Notes: generated by a model from the letters alone, not told the origin. DNA of 64,000 nucleotides from Armatimonadota bacterium (GCA_016869025.1 VGFA01000006.1:16065-80064); one strand, 5' to 3'. Numbered from the stretch's first letter, positions 26,902-37,160 are shown. Numbers and translations: made by a program.

Positions 26902-28839
26902 CTACTCCTCGGTGCCGGCGTTGACCCGACGGAAGCGTTCGATCTGCTCGAGCAGCCCAACCACCGTTACCTGGTCGCCCGGCAGCAGGACGGCTTCCGG
27001 CGGCGGGTTCCAATGGGGCTCTTCTCCGGGCCTCTCGATGCCGACCACCGTCACGCCGGTGCGTTCCCTGATTCGTATGCGCCGCAGCGACTGGTGCGCG
27101 AGGGGTCCCTCGACGACCCGCACCGTTGCCGCCTGGAGCAGGGCAACCCCGGACACGCCTTCTAGCGCCCGCGCGCCCGGCCTCTCCAGCTCGCGCAGCC
27201 GCCGGAGGTAGGTGCGCACCTCCTGCGAGGGCACTGCCAGGCGGTGCAGGGCATGGTCCACGAGCGTCATCCCTGCCTCGATCTCCGGGAGGATGACCTC
27301 GGTGGCCCCTGCAGCCAGCAGCCCCTCCCGGTCGTCCCGCGAGTGGGCCCGGGCGATGACCGCGGCCCCTGGGTTCAAGCCGAGCACCTGGCGGGTCGCC
27401 AGCGCGGCTTTGACGGTGTCGGGGATGGCCAGCACCGCCAGACGCACGCCCGAAGCGCCGGCCTCGCGCAGTGCGATCTCGTTCGCCGCGTCTCCCAGCA
27501 CGGCTGGGATGCCGCGGCGCCGCAAAGCCCGTACAACGACGGGGCTGAAGTCCACCACCGCAAACGGAACGTTGAAGCTCTCGAGCGCTTCTCCAACAGT
27601 GCTCCCGACGCGGCCGTATCCGGCGATGAGCACCGCGGGCGCGCGCTTCACCGGCTCGACCGCAGGTTCCTGCGCCCACCGGTCCGCCCATCGCTCCAGT
27701 GGTCGGCTGCGCCTGAAGACCAGCGCGTTGACCACCAGGGTCACAAGCGAGGTGGCCAGAACGGCGCTGTATACTTCTGCCGACAGCAGGCCTACCGCCC
27801 GCCCCAACTGGGCGACGACGAAGGAGAACTCACCTATCTGGGCCTGGCCTATACCAACGGCCACGGCGACCGGGAGAGGGCTCCGAAACACCAGCGCCAA
27901 CCCTATCCAGACAACGGCCTTGGCGAGCAGCACGACCCCTACCATCTGCAGCAGCAGGACGGGCCGTTCCAGGAGCGACCTCACGTCTATCAACATTCCA
28001 AGTGAAACGAAGAACACAGCGACGAACAGGTCGCGCAGCGGCAGCACGCGGGCCAGCGTCTCCGTGGTGTACTCCGATTCGCTGATGGCCAGTCCGGCCA
28101 GGAACGCGCCGAGCGCCAGCGAGAGCCCGAGGCCTGCTGAAAGCGCCGCGGTGCCGACCCCGATCGTTACAGCCACCAGCACGAACAACTCGGTGTTCTG
28201 TGCGTGAGCGATCCGCCCAAGCAGCGCAGGGACAAGCCGGTCGGCCAGCAGGAAGAACGCGGCGAGGACCGCTGCTGCCTGCGCCATGGCAATCAAGAGA
28301 CCTGCCGCAGGCGCGCCCTGCGCTGACGCCAGCGCGCGGATGAGGAAGAACGCGGCAATGACCCCCCCGTCCTGGGCGAGAGAGATTCCGATGGAGGCCC
28401 TGCCCACCGGTCCGTTGAGGTCACCACGTTCCGCCAGCAGCTTCGCCAGGGCCATCGTGCTGCAGTTCGCCAGCGCCAGGCCGACGACCAGGCCGGCGGC
28501 GAGGGATAATCCTGCCGCGACCATCAAGGAGGCCGCAAGGCCGGTGATCACCGCTGCCCCGACCGGCGCGCCCAAAAACGCCAGGGCGCGGACCTTCCAG
28601 AGCTCGCGCAGCGAGAACTCGACGCCCAGCGCAAACATGAGCAGCACCACACCGAACTCGGCAAACAGATGAAACGTGGCGGTGTCGGAGATCCTGGGGC
28701 CTGCAATCGCGGTGATCAGCAGCCCGCCCACTATGTAGCCCACGAACGCCGGCTGTCTCAGCCACTGCGCCAGGGCGCCGCCCACCACCGCCGCGATGAG
28801 CAGAAGGGCCAGGTCGCGGAAGAAGACGCCTTCTGTCAT
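26902..28839 (-). CDS. Monovalent cation:proton antiporter (CPA2/Kef-type) with TrkA-N and TrkA-C domains
   Basis: About 12 TM helices followed by VLIAGYGRVGSTVGEAL (Rossmann RCK domain) and a C-terminal TrkA-C-like segment (GDQVTVVGLLEQIERF). Confidence 0.9.
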   Translation of the reverse strand: MTEGVFFRDLALLLIAAVVGGALAQWLRQPAFVGYIVGGLLITAIAGPRISDTATFHLFAEFGVVLLMFALGVEFSLRELWKVRALAFLGAPVGAAVITGLAASLMVAAGLSLAAGLVVGLALANCSTMALAKLLAERGDLNGPVGRASIGISLAQDGGVIAAFFLIRALASAQGAPAAGLLIAMAQAAAVLAAFFLLADRLVPALLGRIAHAQNTELFVLVAVTIGVGTAALSAGLGLSLALGAFLAGLAISESEYTTETLARVLPLRDLFVAVFFVSLGMLIDVRSLLERPVLLLQMVGVVLLAKAVVWIGLALVFRSPLPVAVAVGIGQAQIGEFSFVVAQLGRAVGLLSAEVYSAVLATSLVTLVVNALVFRRSRPLERWADRWAQEPAVEPVKRAPAVLIAGYGRVGSTVGEALESFNVPFAVVDFSPVVVRALRRRGIPAVLGDAANEIALREAGASGVRLAVLAIPDTVKAALATRQVLGLNPGAAVIARAHSRDDREGLLAAGATEVILPEIEAGMTLVDHALHRLAVPSQEVRTYLRRLRELERPGARALEGVSGVALLQAATVRVVEGPLAHQSLRRIRIRERTGVTVVGIERPGEEPHWNPPPEAVLLPGDQVTVVGLLEQIERFRRVNAGTEE

Positions 28840-28845
28840 GTCAGT

Positions 28846-29847
28846 CTACGTTGAGGCACGGGGAGACGGCTCCAACGCGTAGTGCAGGATACCGTCACGT
28901 TGCTCGATCGCCAGATGGCCCGCTTCTTCGATCAGGTCCAGGTGGCCCAGCACCTCGGACAGCCCAAGGATCAGGTTGGCCGGGCTAAGATCTGGAAACC
29001 AGGCGGCGGCAAGCTCGCGGAGCGTCCACGCGCGTCCGGCGAGCATCTGCCCCAGGCGGTCCTTGCGTGCCTCGTGGTGGAGCAGTAGCTCGCGGACCCG
29101 CCGCGCGGGCTCTGGGATCGGATCGCCGTGCCCCGGGTACGTGATCGCGGGCTCCAGCGCTGCGATGCGCCGCAGCGAGCGGAGCAGCGATGGAAGGGTC
29201 CGGATCCGCTGCCCATTGCCGTCGAACTCCACCAGGGGGTTCGGGCTTATCTCCTCGAGCAGCAGATCGCCCGAGATCAGCGCGCCGCCGTCCCAAAGGC
29301 CGTTCCAAAGGCAGATGTGCCCCTGCGCGTGGCCCGGGGTGTGCAAGACCTCCAGCGTGCCGTCTGCCAGGGGAACCAGAGTGCCATCGTCGAGCAGGCA
29401 CGCCGGCGTGATGGGATCGAGCTGGCCGCGGTACCTCCGCAAGACATCCAGCAGGGCCTCGGCCACGCCGGATGGGAACCCGGCTTCGCTGATCAGTGCC
29501 CGCATCGGCTCCACGAACGCGCGATCCCCGGTCAACTTGGGGAGGTCGGCCCTGTGGGCACAAACCTCGGCGCCGCTCTCGCCGGCTATGGTGGCAGCCA
29601 GCCCAAAATGATCTATGTGTCCGTGGGTGATCACCAGACGCTCGATCTCCTCAAGCCGCACACCGACCCGCTCCAGGCATGACCCGGCCCGCTCCAGGCC
29701 ATCCCGCAGGGCAGTCAGCGCCTCAGGGGTCTTGGGTCCGCAGTCCACCAGCGTCACCGGCGGGCCGGGCAGCAGGTAGGCGTTGACCGGACCGACCGGG
29801 TAGGGGGTGGGCAGGGCCAGGGGTATGATACGCATGGGCGCGTTCAC
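28846..29847 (-). CDS. MBL-fold metallo-hydrolase
   Basis: VITHGHIDHFG metal-binding motif, a later HTPGHAQGH, and a C-terminal winged-helix-like tail. Confidence 0.85.
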   Translation of the reverse strand: MNAPMRIIPLALPTPYPVGPVNAYLLPGPPVTLVDCGPKTPEALTALRDGLERAGSCLERVGVRLEEIERLVITHGHIDHFGLAATIAGESGAEVCAHRADLPKLTGDRAFVEPMRALISEAGFPSGVAEALLDVLRRYRGQLDPITPACLLDDGTLVPLADGTLEVLHTPGHAQGHICLWNGLWDGGALISGDLLLEEISPNPLVEFDGNGQRIRTLPSLLRSLRRIAALEPAITYPGHGDPIPEPARRVRELLLHHEARKDRLGQMLAGRAWTLRELAAAWFPDLSPANLILGLSEVLGHLDLIEEAGHLAIEQRDGILHYALEPSPRAST

Positions 29848-29872
29848 TCGGCGCGCGTGTCTGCCCGGTCCA

Positions 29873-30661
29873 CTACGCGGCCATCATCCCGCCGTCCACC
29901 GCCAGCACCTGGCCCGTGATGTATCCGCCAGATGGCGACACCAGGCAGAGGACCGCACCGAGCAGGTCTTCGGCCCTTCCGATTCTGCCTATGGGGATCC
30001 TGTCGAGCAGCGCCTGGCCCGCCCGTTCGATGACGGCCTCGGCCATCCGGGTCGGTATGAAGCCAGGCGCGATCGCGTTGACCGTCACCCCGTGCCGGGC
30101 CCACTCCACGGCCAGCGCTCGGGTCAGGGCGACCAGCGCGCCCTTGCTCGCCGCGTATCCGGATGCCGCGAGAATCTCCGGCGGCGAACCCGCCAGAGCG
30201 GCCACCGAGGCCACGTTGAGGATGCGGCCGTATCCCAGGGCTATCATGCCCCGGCCTACCGCCTGGCACATCAGGAAGGCGCCGGTGGCGTTGGCCTCGA
30301 TCACCTCGCGCCAGCGCTCCAGCGGCATCGTCTCGGCCGGTGCGCCCCAGGTGCGGCCGGCGGCGTTCACGAGTATCGAGAGATCGCCCACCGCGGATTT
30401 GGCCGCCGCGACGGTTCGGGCGACCTGCTCCGCGTCGGAAACGTCCGCGGAGAACGCGGCGCAGGTCACGCCGGCTTCGCGCAGGGCCTTCTCCGCGGGC
30501 GCCAGCCACTCTGCCCGGCGCGCGACGATGGCCACCCGGGCGCCGGCCCCTCCGAGCGCCCGCGCGATCTCAAGGCCGATGCCGCGGGAGCCGCCCGTGA
30601 CGAGCGCGGCCTGATCCCGCAGGCTGAAGAGCCCATCGAGCAGGGTGTTCATGGTGTTCAT
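29873..30661 (-). CDS. SDR-family oxidoreductase (FabG/gluconate 5-dehydrogenase-like)
   Basis: TGGSRGIG cofactor motif, NAAG, and the catalytic YAASKGAL motif. Confidence 0.9.
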   Translation of the reverse strand: MNTMNTLLDGLFSLRDQAALVTGGSRGIGLEIARALGGAGARVAIVARRAEWLAPAEKALREAGVTCAAFSADVSDAEQVARTVAAAKSAVGDLSILVNAAGRTWGAPAETMPLERWREVIEANATGAFLMCQAVGRGMIALGYGRILNVASVAALAGSPPEILAASGYAASKGALVALTRALAVEWARHGVTVNAIAPGFIPTRMAEAVIERAGQALLDRIPIGRIGRAEDLLGAVLCLVSPSGGYITGQVLAVDGGMMAA

Positions 30662-30747
30662 GGGGATTCATTCCGGCCTGGCGCACGAACTCCTGTTCTC
30701 CCGGCGGCAGGAAGCACGGCGCCAGCGGAGTATCACAAGCATTACCT

Positions 30748-32574
30748 ATGGTCATCACCCAGCCCCGTCCGGTACTTACCAGCACTGTCCCCGGCCTCTT
30801 CTTCGCCCAGGCCGCACGCCAGCCCGCGCGCGTCGCGTTGCGGCGAAAGCGCTTCGGGATCTGGCACCGCATCACCTGGGAGGAGTACGCCGGAGCGGTG
30901 CGGCACGTGGCCAACGCCCTGCTGTCCCTCGGCGTGCAGCGAGGCGAACGGGTCGGCTTGATCGGCGAGAACCGGCCGGAGTGGCTGTTCGCCGATCTCG
31001 GCATCCAGTCCGCCGGCGGCGCAACGACCGGGATCTACACCACCAGCAGCCCCGAGCAGACCCACTACATCCTGGAGCATGCCGGCTGCAGGGTGTTCAT
31101 CGTAGAGAGCGAGGAGCAGCTCGACAAGGCCCTGGAGATCCGCGACCGACTGCCTCTCCTCGAGCACATCGTCGTCATGGACCCCGAGGGCCTGCGGACG
31201 TTCCAGGACCCCATGGTCATGATGTGGGACCAGTTCCTCGCGCTCGGGCAGGACCACGCGCGCCGCCGCCCGTATGCCCTGGACGAGCGCATGGTCGAGA
31301 TCCGGCCCGAGGACATGGCGGTGCTCATATACACGTCCGGGACGACCGGGCCTCCCAAGGGCGCGATCCTGACCCACCACAACATCGTCTGGACCACCGA
31401 GGTTCTCGACAAGGCAAACCCGGTCAGTTCCACCGATGAGCTCCTCTCGTACCTGCCGCTGTCGCACATCGCGGAGCGGCAGTTCTCGGTGTTCCTGCCG
31501 ATCCGGTGGGGTTACACGGTCAACTTCATCGAGAACGTTGACACGGTAATGCAGAACTTCGTCGAGGTGGCGCCCTCGCTGGTGTTCGGGGTGCCGCGGA
31601 TTTGGGAGAAGATCTTCTCGGTGGTTACCCTGCGCATCAAGGAGAACGATATCTTCAAGCGGGCTGCATACTGGGCCGCGATCGGGCTGTCGTACCGGGC
31701 GGCACGCAGGCGCTTCTCGCGCCGCGCCGTGCCTGCCTGGCTGCACGCGGCCGTCCGGTTGGGCGACGGGTTGGTACTGCGTCCGCTGCGGCACCGCCTG
31801 GGCCTGAACCGGGTCCGCGTAGCGTACTCGGCCGGCGCGCCGATCTCGCCGGACCTGCTGCTCTACTTCTGGGCCCTGGGCGTGCCCATGCGAGAGATCT
31901 ACGGCCAGACCGAGGACTCGGGGCCGACCTCGATGCACCAGGGTGACGCGGTCAAGCTCGGCACCGTCGGTCACCCAATCCCCGGCGTCGAGATACGGAT
32001 CGCCGAGGACGGCGAGATACTGGTACGCGGCCCCAATGTCTTCGCCGGCTACTTCCGCGACCCAGAGGCCACGGCCGCGGCGCTGAAGGACGGCTGGCTC
32101 TACTCGGGCGACATCGGCGAGTTCGACGAGGAGGGCTATCTGCGCATCACCGACCGCAAGAAGGACCTCTTCGTCACCTCGGCGGGCAAGAACATAGCCC
32201 CCCAGTACATAGAGAACAAGCTCAAGGCGAGCCCGTACATCAACGACGCGGTCGCGATCGGCGACCGCCAGCGCTACATCGTGGCCCTGGTGGTGATTGA
32301 CGAGGAGAACGTCACCAAATGGGCACAGGACCGGCGCCTGCCGTTCACGACCTACAGCGATCTGGCCGCCAATCCCGACGTGAGGGCGCTGATCGAAGGC
32401 GAGGTCGCCGAGGTCAACAAGACGCTCTCCTCGCCCGAGCAGGTGCGGCGCTTCGCGATCCTCCAAAAGCGGATGTACGCCGAGGAGGGCGACGTGACGC
32501 CGACCCTCAAGGTGAAGCGGAAGACGATCATGGAGAAGTACAAGGACGTGATCGCGGAGCTGTATCGGGGGTAG
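30748..32574 (+). CDS. Long-chain acyl-CoA synthetase (AMP-forming)
   Basis: AMP-binding motif IYTSGTTGPPKGA, plus YGQTE, GDIGEFDEEGYLRITDRKKD and VKRK. Confidence 0.9.
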   Translation: MVITQPRPVLTSTVPGLFFAQAARQPARVALRRKRFGIWHRITWEEYAGAVRHVANALLSLGVQRGERVGLIGENRPEWLFADLGIQSAGGATTGIYTTSSPEQTHYILEHAGCRVFIVESEEQLDKALEIRDRLPLLEHIVVMDPEGLRTFQDPMVMMWDQFLALGQDHARRRPYALDERMVEIRPEDMAVLIYTSGTTGPPKGAILTHHNIVWTTEVLDKANPVSSTDELLSYLPLSHIAERQFSVFLPIRWGYTVNFIENVDTVMQNFVEVAPSLVFGVPRIWEKIFSVVTLRIKENDIFKRAAYWAAIGLSYRAARRRFSRRAVPAWLHAAVRLGDGLVLRPLRHRLGLNRVRVAYSAGAPISPDLLLYFWALGVPMREIYGQTEDSGPTSMHQGDAVKLGTVGHPIPGVEIRIAEDGEILVRGPNVFAGYFRDPEATAAALKDGWLYSGDIGEFDEEGYLRITDRKKDLFVTSAGKNIAPQYIENKLKASPYINDAVAIGDRQRYIVALVVIDEENVTKWAQDRRLPFTTYSDLAANPDVRALIEGEVAEVNKTLSSPEQVRRFAILQKRMYAEEGDVTPTLKVKRKTIMEKYKDVIAELYRG

Positions 32575-32584
32575 AATTCCCAGG

Positions 32585-33004
32585 CTAGGGCAGAACCGCC
32601 ATACCCTCCAGGCGAGCGGCCTCTCGGAGCCGGTTGTCCAGAATCACCGCCTCGCTGCCATCAGCCCCTCCAGCCCATGTGAGCGCTGCGGCGAGCTGCA
32701 AGGCGTCGTGCGCGCGGAATGGGTGAAACCGGAGCAGACGGCTCGCATGCCGGCGGACTTCCTCCCCAGGGGAGATCTCGTTCCACGCGCGCTGATAGGC
32801 CAACAGGATGGCTCGCGCAGCCTCCTCCCCGGCGAGATCAATGACGCCCTCCCTCCGGAGGCGGGCGAACGCCGACCAGCACTCCACCGGTGACGCCCAC
32901 CAGGCGGCGATTTGCGGATCGCGGGAGAGGATCGCTCGGACGGCTGCAGTGCTGGACTCCATGAGGCACAGAGGAACCAGCGCCGACGCGTCCCAGAACT
33001 TCAT
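32585..33004 (-). CDS. vapC: PIN-domain toxin (VapC family)
   Basis: 139 aa with an N-terminal FWDASALV acidic motif and the later D of HDALQLAAA. ATGA overlap with the antitoxin gene. Confidence 0.85.
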   Translation of the reverse strand: MKFWDASALVPLCLMESSTAAVRAILSRDPQIAAWWASPVECWSAFARLRREGVIDLAGEEAARAILLAYQRAWNEISPGEEVRRHASRLLRFHPFRAHDALQLAAALTWAGGADGSEAVILDNRLREAARLEGMAVLP

Positions 33005-33291
33005 CTCCCCTCCCGCCGTTCCTCAATCAAAGCCGCCAGTGCGCGCCCCTCGGGGTCTTCTGGTCGTGGCCAGTCCCAGATGTCGGGCGGCAGCGGCGCG
33101 ATTGGGGGTCTGGCTAATCCCACCCTGACAAGCTGCTCGATTCTGGCATCAGGCTGCTCCTGAGGGGCAATGGGGGTCAACCGTGCTATGGGCCGGCCCC
33201 TATCCGTCACCGTTATTTCCTCTCCGGCTTTTACGGCCTCTAGGTGCTCGCTGAGGCGGGCCTTCAGTTCAGTTATCGGCACGCGCTTCAA
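33001..33291 (-). CDS. Phd/YefM-family antitoxin
   Basis: MKRVPITELKARLSEHLEAVKAGEEITVTDRGRPIARL is the canonical Phd/YefM N-terminal fold sequence. Confidence 0.85.
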   Translation of the reverse strand: MKRVPITELKARLSEHLEAVKAGEEITVTDRGRPIARLTPIAPQEQPDARIEQLVRVGLARPPIAPLPPDIWDWPRPEDPEGRALAALIEERREGR

Positions 33292-33322
33292 AGCAGTTCA
33301 CCCCCGACAGGGCAAGATGGGT

Positions 33323-33362
33323 CTATACGACTAGTATAGTCAGACAATGGTGACTTGTATAG
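33323..33362. promoter_or_regulatory. Putative operator/promoter of the antitoxin-vapC operon
   Basis: Inverted repeat CTATAC(33323-33328)-N5-GTATAG(33334-33339) plus a third GTATAG at 33357-33362. A minus-strand TATACT -10 box overlaps the palindrome, about 40 nt upstream of the antitoxin start. The stretch is AT-rich. Confidence 0.4.
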
Positions 33363-33387
33363 TTTGGGGTGGTTGTGAAACGGTCTG

Positions 33388-34221
33388 CTACGCCCAGCGC
33401 CGCCTGACCTTGAACCGCCGGAAACCCTTGACCGACTCCTCCCGGACCATGCCGAGGTAGAGCTCCTGCACGTTCGGGTCGGCCTCCAGACGCGTGCTGA
33501 TGCCCTCCAGCACGATCCGGCCGCTCTCCAGCACGTAGCCGTAGTGCGCGACCCCCAGCGCCTGCCGGGCGTTCTGCTCGATCAGGAGCATGGCGGTCCC
33601 CGCGGTGTGGATCTCCCGGATGATCCGGAACACCTCGCCCACGATGCGGGGGGCGAGGCCCAACGAGGGCTCGTCTAGCAGCAGCAGCTTGGGCCGGCTC
33701 ATCAACGCGCGCGCCAAGGCGAGCATCTGCTGTTCGCCGCCGGAGAGCGTGCCCGCGAACTGCCGGCGCCGCTCGCGCAGCATCGGGAAGCGGGCTTCCA
33801 TCGCCTCGAAGTCGGCGGCCACGGCCCCATCGCTGCGTGGATAGGCGCCCAGGCGCAGGTTCTCGTGCACGGTCAGCTCCGGGAAGATGCCGCGGCCCTC
33901 AGGGATGTACGCCACCCCCAGCCGGGCGATGTCCTCGGGGTCCCATCCGTTGACGCGCCGGCCCAGGACCTCGATGGTGCCTTTCTCCGGCTGGTCCGGG
34001 ATGTACCCCATGATCGTCTTCAGCAGCGTGCTCTTGCCCGCGCCGTTGGATCCCAGGATGGTGACTACCTGGCCGGAGAGGACCTCCATTGAGACGCCGC
34101 GGAGCACGGTCAACCGGCCGTAGTAGGCCGTCTCGACGTTGCGGACCCGCAGCAGCGGATCGCCCGCGGTGCGCCCCGCGGCCCGGGTCTGCCCGTCGCG
34201 CGCGCCGCCGGCGTCCGTCAT
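33388..34221 (-). CDS. livF: Branched-chain amino acid ABC transporter ATP-binding protein (LivF-type)
   Basis: GSNGAGKST, LSGGEQQMLALARAL, LLLLDEPS. Start ATG 34221 overlaps the livG stop (ATGA). The longer ORF-track N-terminus was rejected. Confidence 0.9.
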   Translation of the reverse strand: MTDAGGARDGQTRAAGRTAGDPLLRVRNVETAYYGRLTVLRGVSMEVLSGQVVTILGSNGAGKSTLLKTIMGYIPDQPEKGTIEVLGRRVNGWDPEDIARLGVAYIPEGRGIFPELTVHENLRLGAYPRSDGAVAADFEAMEARFPMLRERRRQFAGTLSGGEQQMLALARALMSRPKLLLLDEPSLGLAPRIVGEVFRIIREIHTAGTAMLLIEQNARQALGVAHYGYVLESGRIVLEGISTRLEADPNVQELYLGMVREESVKGFRRFKVRRRWA

Positions 34222-34988
34222 GCCGTTTCCCCCAGGTAGGCGGTTATCACGGCCGGGTCGCGCTGGATCACATCCGGCGTGCCCTGCGCTATCTTCACCC
34301 CGTGATCGAGCACCGCGATCCAGTCCGAGATCCCCATGACGATCTTCAGGTCGTGCTCCACCAGCACGACCGTGATGCCCCACTCCTCCCGGATGTCCTT
34401 GATCCTGAAGACCAGATCGGCCTTCTCCTCCGCGGTCATGCCCGATGAGGGTTCGTCGAGCAGCAGGAGGATAGGTTCCGTGGCCAGCGCTCGGGCTATC
34501 TCGACCAGGCGCTGCTGGCCCATGGGAAGATCGCCCACCCGACGGCGGCGGGTCGCCTGGAGGTCGAGGAAGTCCAGGATCTCCTCGACCCTGCGGCGGT
34601 GCCGCACCTCGTCCCGCTTCCACCGGGGCGTGCCCAGCGCCGCGTCCACAAATGAGGTCTTGATGTGCAGGTGGCGTCCGAGCATCACGTTGTCGAGCAC
34701 CGAGCTGTTGCGGAACAGCTCGAGGTTCTGAAAGGTGCGGGCGATGCCGCGCCGGGCCACTGCGTCGGGACGCCGTGGCAGCGGCTCATCCTGGAACCGT
34801 GTTACCCCGGCGTCCGGCCGGTAGAGCCCGCAGATGCAGTTGAAGAGCGTCGTCTTGCCGGCGCCGTTGGGGCCGATCACAGAAACCAGCTCTCGCGCGC
34901 CCACGGCTAGGTCCACGCGGTCGAGGGCGGCGATACCGCCGAACGCGATTGAGAGGCCCGTGGTTTCCAGCAACGGCTGCGCGTTCAT
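34218..34988 (-). CDS. livG: Branched-chain amino acid ABC transporter ATP-binding protein (LivG-type)
   Basis: GPNGAGKTTLFN, LPMGQQRLVEIARAL, LLLLDEPSSGM. Start trimmed to ATG 34988 (MNAQPLLETTGL). Confidence 0.9.
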   Translation of the reverse strand: MNAQPLLETTGLSIAFGGIAALDRVDLAVGARELVSVIGPNGAGKTTLFNCICGLYRPDAGVTRFQDEPLPRRPDAVARRGIARTFQNLELFRNSSVLDNVMLGRHLHIKTSFVDAALGTPRWKRDEVRHRRRVEEILDFLDLQATRRRRVGDLPMGQQRLVEIARALATEPILLLLDEPSSGMTAEEKADLVFRIKDIREEWGITVVLVEHDLKIVMGISDWIAVLDHGVKIAQGTPDVIQRDPAVITAYLGETA

Positions 34989-35050
34989 CTCAAAGAGTCC
35001 GTCCCGGGAAGGAAGCGGGCCGGGGGCTCTGCCCCCGGCCCGCCGCATCG

Positions 35051-36250
35051 CTAGAACTTCTTGGGGTACGTGTACCAATCACTCAGCTTCGTGTACTGGC
35101 CCCTTTCAGACTTGACCATGAACATCCGATTGATGCCCTGCCGGCTATCTTTGGTGAAGCTCACGCCCCTTATCATCTCGCCGTCCCAGTTCTTGATCGT
35201 TTCCATGGCCTCGACCAGGCGTTCCTTGGTCAGGGCGGGCCCGGCGCGACGTATGCCCTCGAGGAACGGCTCGACGAACGAGACGCCTGCGGCCGCGTTG
35301 AAGGGGAGGCGAGCCAGCGCCGGATTGATGCGCGTGATGGTGGCCAGCGCCGCGTCCGTGCGCGCGTCGCCCATTCCCGGCATCGGCATGTAGGTGGCGA
35401 GGTAGATGTTGTTCCAGGCCTCGCCGGCGAGCATGAACATCATGGGGTCCATCAGGGTGAAGGTGGACATGAGCGTGGGCTGGTACCCCACCTTGGCGAT
35501 CTCCCGCACGATCAACGCGCCGCGCCGCGGGTCCGCGTAGATGATGAGCGTGTCAGCGCCGGACTCCTTGAGTTTCAGCGCCTGGGCGGTCACCTCGGCG
35601 TCAATGACCTCGTAGGAGACCTGCGCCACCAGCTTTGCCCCCTTGGCCTGGAACGCGTGGACGCCCCGCTTGACGCCGAGCAGCCCCTGCTGGCCGTAGA
35701 GGTCGTTCTGGTAGAAGACCGCGATCTTCTTCGCCTTGAGGCTCTCCACCCCGTACTTGGTCAGGAAGATGCCTTCATCAACGTAGCCGGGGTACGTGAT
35801 GAACACGTACCGGTTGCGCTCCCGCATGCCTGCCCACATGTCCGCGCCACAAGCCGGGGTGATCCAGAGCGTCTTGCTCTCCACCATGAAGTCGCGGTTG
35901 GCGTAGCAGTTGGCGGTGCCGATCTGGGAGACGATCCCAAACACGCCGTCCCGCTCGACCAGTTCGCGCACGTTGGCCACCGCGCGAGGCGGAAGATAGG
36001 CGTCGTCCCGGATCAGGAACCGGAAGGTGCGGCCGTTGATGCCGCCTTGTGCGTTGATGTGACGGAGCCATGCATCAATGCCTCCCCCGACCCCCATTCC
36101 CCATGGGGAGGCCGGGCCGGACATCGGCATGGAGGTGCCCAATACGATCTCGGTGGGCGTAACGCCTCGTTCGGCTGGCTGGCCGACAGCCGCGGTCCCC
36201 AGGGCCGCCACGACTGTCATTGCGATAATCAACCTGGTCAGAGTTCTCAT
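35051..36250 (-). CDS. Branched-chain amino acid ABC transporter substrate-binding protein (LivK/LivJ family)
   Basis: Signal peptide followed by a type I periplasmic binding fold pattern (IVLGTSMPMSGPASPWG, FYQNDLYGQ). Confidence 0.9.
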   Translation of the reverse strand: MRTLTRLIIAMTVVAALGTAAVGQPAERGVTPTEIVLGTSMPMSGPASPWGMGVGGGIDAWLRHINAQGGINGRTFRFLIRDDAYLPPRAVANVRELVERDGVFGIVSQIGTANCYANRDFMVESKTLWITPACGADMWAGMRERNRYVFITYPGYVDEGIFLTKYGVESLKAKKIAVFYQNDLYGQQGLLGVKRGVHAFQAKGAKLVAQVSYEVIDAEVTAQALKLKESGADTLIIYADPRRGALIVREIAKVGYQPTLMSTFTLMDPMMFMLAGEAWNNIYLATYMPMPGMGDARTDAALATITRINPALARLPFNAAAGVSFVEPFLEGIRRAGPALTKERLVEAMETIKNWDGEMIRGVSFTKDSRQGINRMFMVKSERGQYTKLSDWYTYPKKF

Positions 36251-36284
36251 TCGCGCTCCCTCCCAGCGTGTCGAGTCTCCGATC

Positions 36285-37160
36285 TCATACCCTCCTGTGG
36301 TACACGCGGCCGAGCAGGCCTTCGGGCCGGACTAGCAGCACAAGGATGATCACGGCGAAGGCCATCGTGGTCTTGAACTTGAACGAGATGTACCCCGCGA
36401 ACACGCTTTCGGCGATCCCGAGCAGGAATCCCCCTAGGACGGCCCCTGGGAGACTGTCCATCCCGCCCATGACCGCCGCCGCAAACCCCTTGAGGAACGG
36501 GTCGAGCATCATGAAAGGGTCGAGGAAGACCACCGGAGCCAGAAGCACGCCGGCAGCCCCTCCCAGGGCCCCGGCAAGGCCCCATGTGAGGGCGTAGATC
36601 CGGCGGGCTGGGATGCCCAGTGCCTGTGCCGCGTCGGCGTTCTGCGCGACCGCCCGCATGGCCAGGCCGACCTTGGTGCCCTGTACCAGGACATACAGCA
36701 GGGTCATCAGGACAATCCCGGTGACGATCGTGCCCAGACTCGTCTCGCTGACGACGACCTGCCCCACCCGGTAGATCCGCGTGTCCGAGAGAGGGAAGGG
36801 GAACACCAGCGTTTCGGTTCCCCAAACGACCTGCACGGCGCCGCCGAGCACCAGGGCGAGGCCCAGGGTGAGCACGATTTTGCCCAGGAGCGAGGCTTCC
36901 TTTGCGGGCCGGAGTACGAAGAAGAAGAACAGTACCCCCACCAACGCCGCCGCGGCCAGGCCGCCGGCCACCGCGAGCGAGAACGGCAGCTTGCGGCCGA
37001 GCAGGGTAAACGCTACGAAGGTTCCCAGGGTCGCGATGTCGCCGTGCGCGAAGTTCAGCACCCTGGAACTGCGGTAGAGGAGCACAACGCCCAACGCTAC
37101 CAGCGCGTAGAGACTGCCGGTCGCGAGGCCCCCTACCAGGTACTGCGCCAGTTGTGTCAC
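36285..37160 (-). CDS. livH: Branched-chain amino acid ABC transporter permease (LivH-type)
   Basis: Polytopic; LVGGLATGSLYALVALGVVLLY near the N-terminus. Start set at GTG 37160, which overlaps the livM stop (GTGA). Confidence 0.85.
   Translation of the reverse strand: MTQLAQYLVGGLATGSLYALVALGVVLLYRSSRVLNFAHGDIATLGTFVAFTLLGRKLPFSLAVAGGLAAAALVGVLFFFFVLRPAKEASLLGKIVLTLGLALVLGGAVQVVWGTETLVFPFPLSDTRIYRVGQVVVSETSLGTIVTGIVLMTLLYVLVQGTKVGLAMRAVAQNADAAQALGIPARRIYALTWGLAGALGGAAGVLLAPVVFLDPFMMLDPFLKGFAAAVMGGMDSLPGAVLGGFLLGIAESVFAGYISFKFKTTMAFAVIILVLLVRPEGLLGRVYHRRV

Noticed and set aside
34222-34623. N-terminal extension of ORF 33388..34623, and likewise 34989..35078 of the livG ORF
   Set aside because: Both overlap the upstream gene out of frame with Pro/Gly/Arg-rich sequence. 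The internal ATGs (34221, 34988) give canonical LivF and LivG N-termini.
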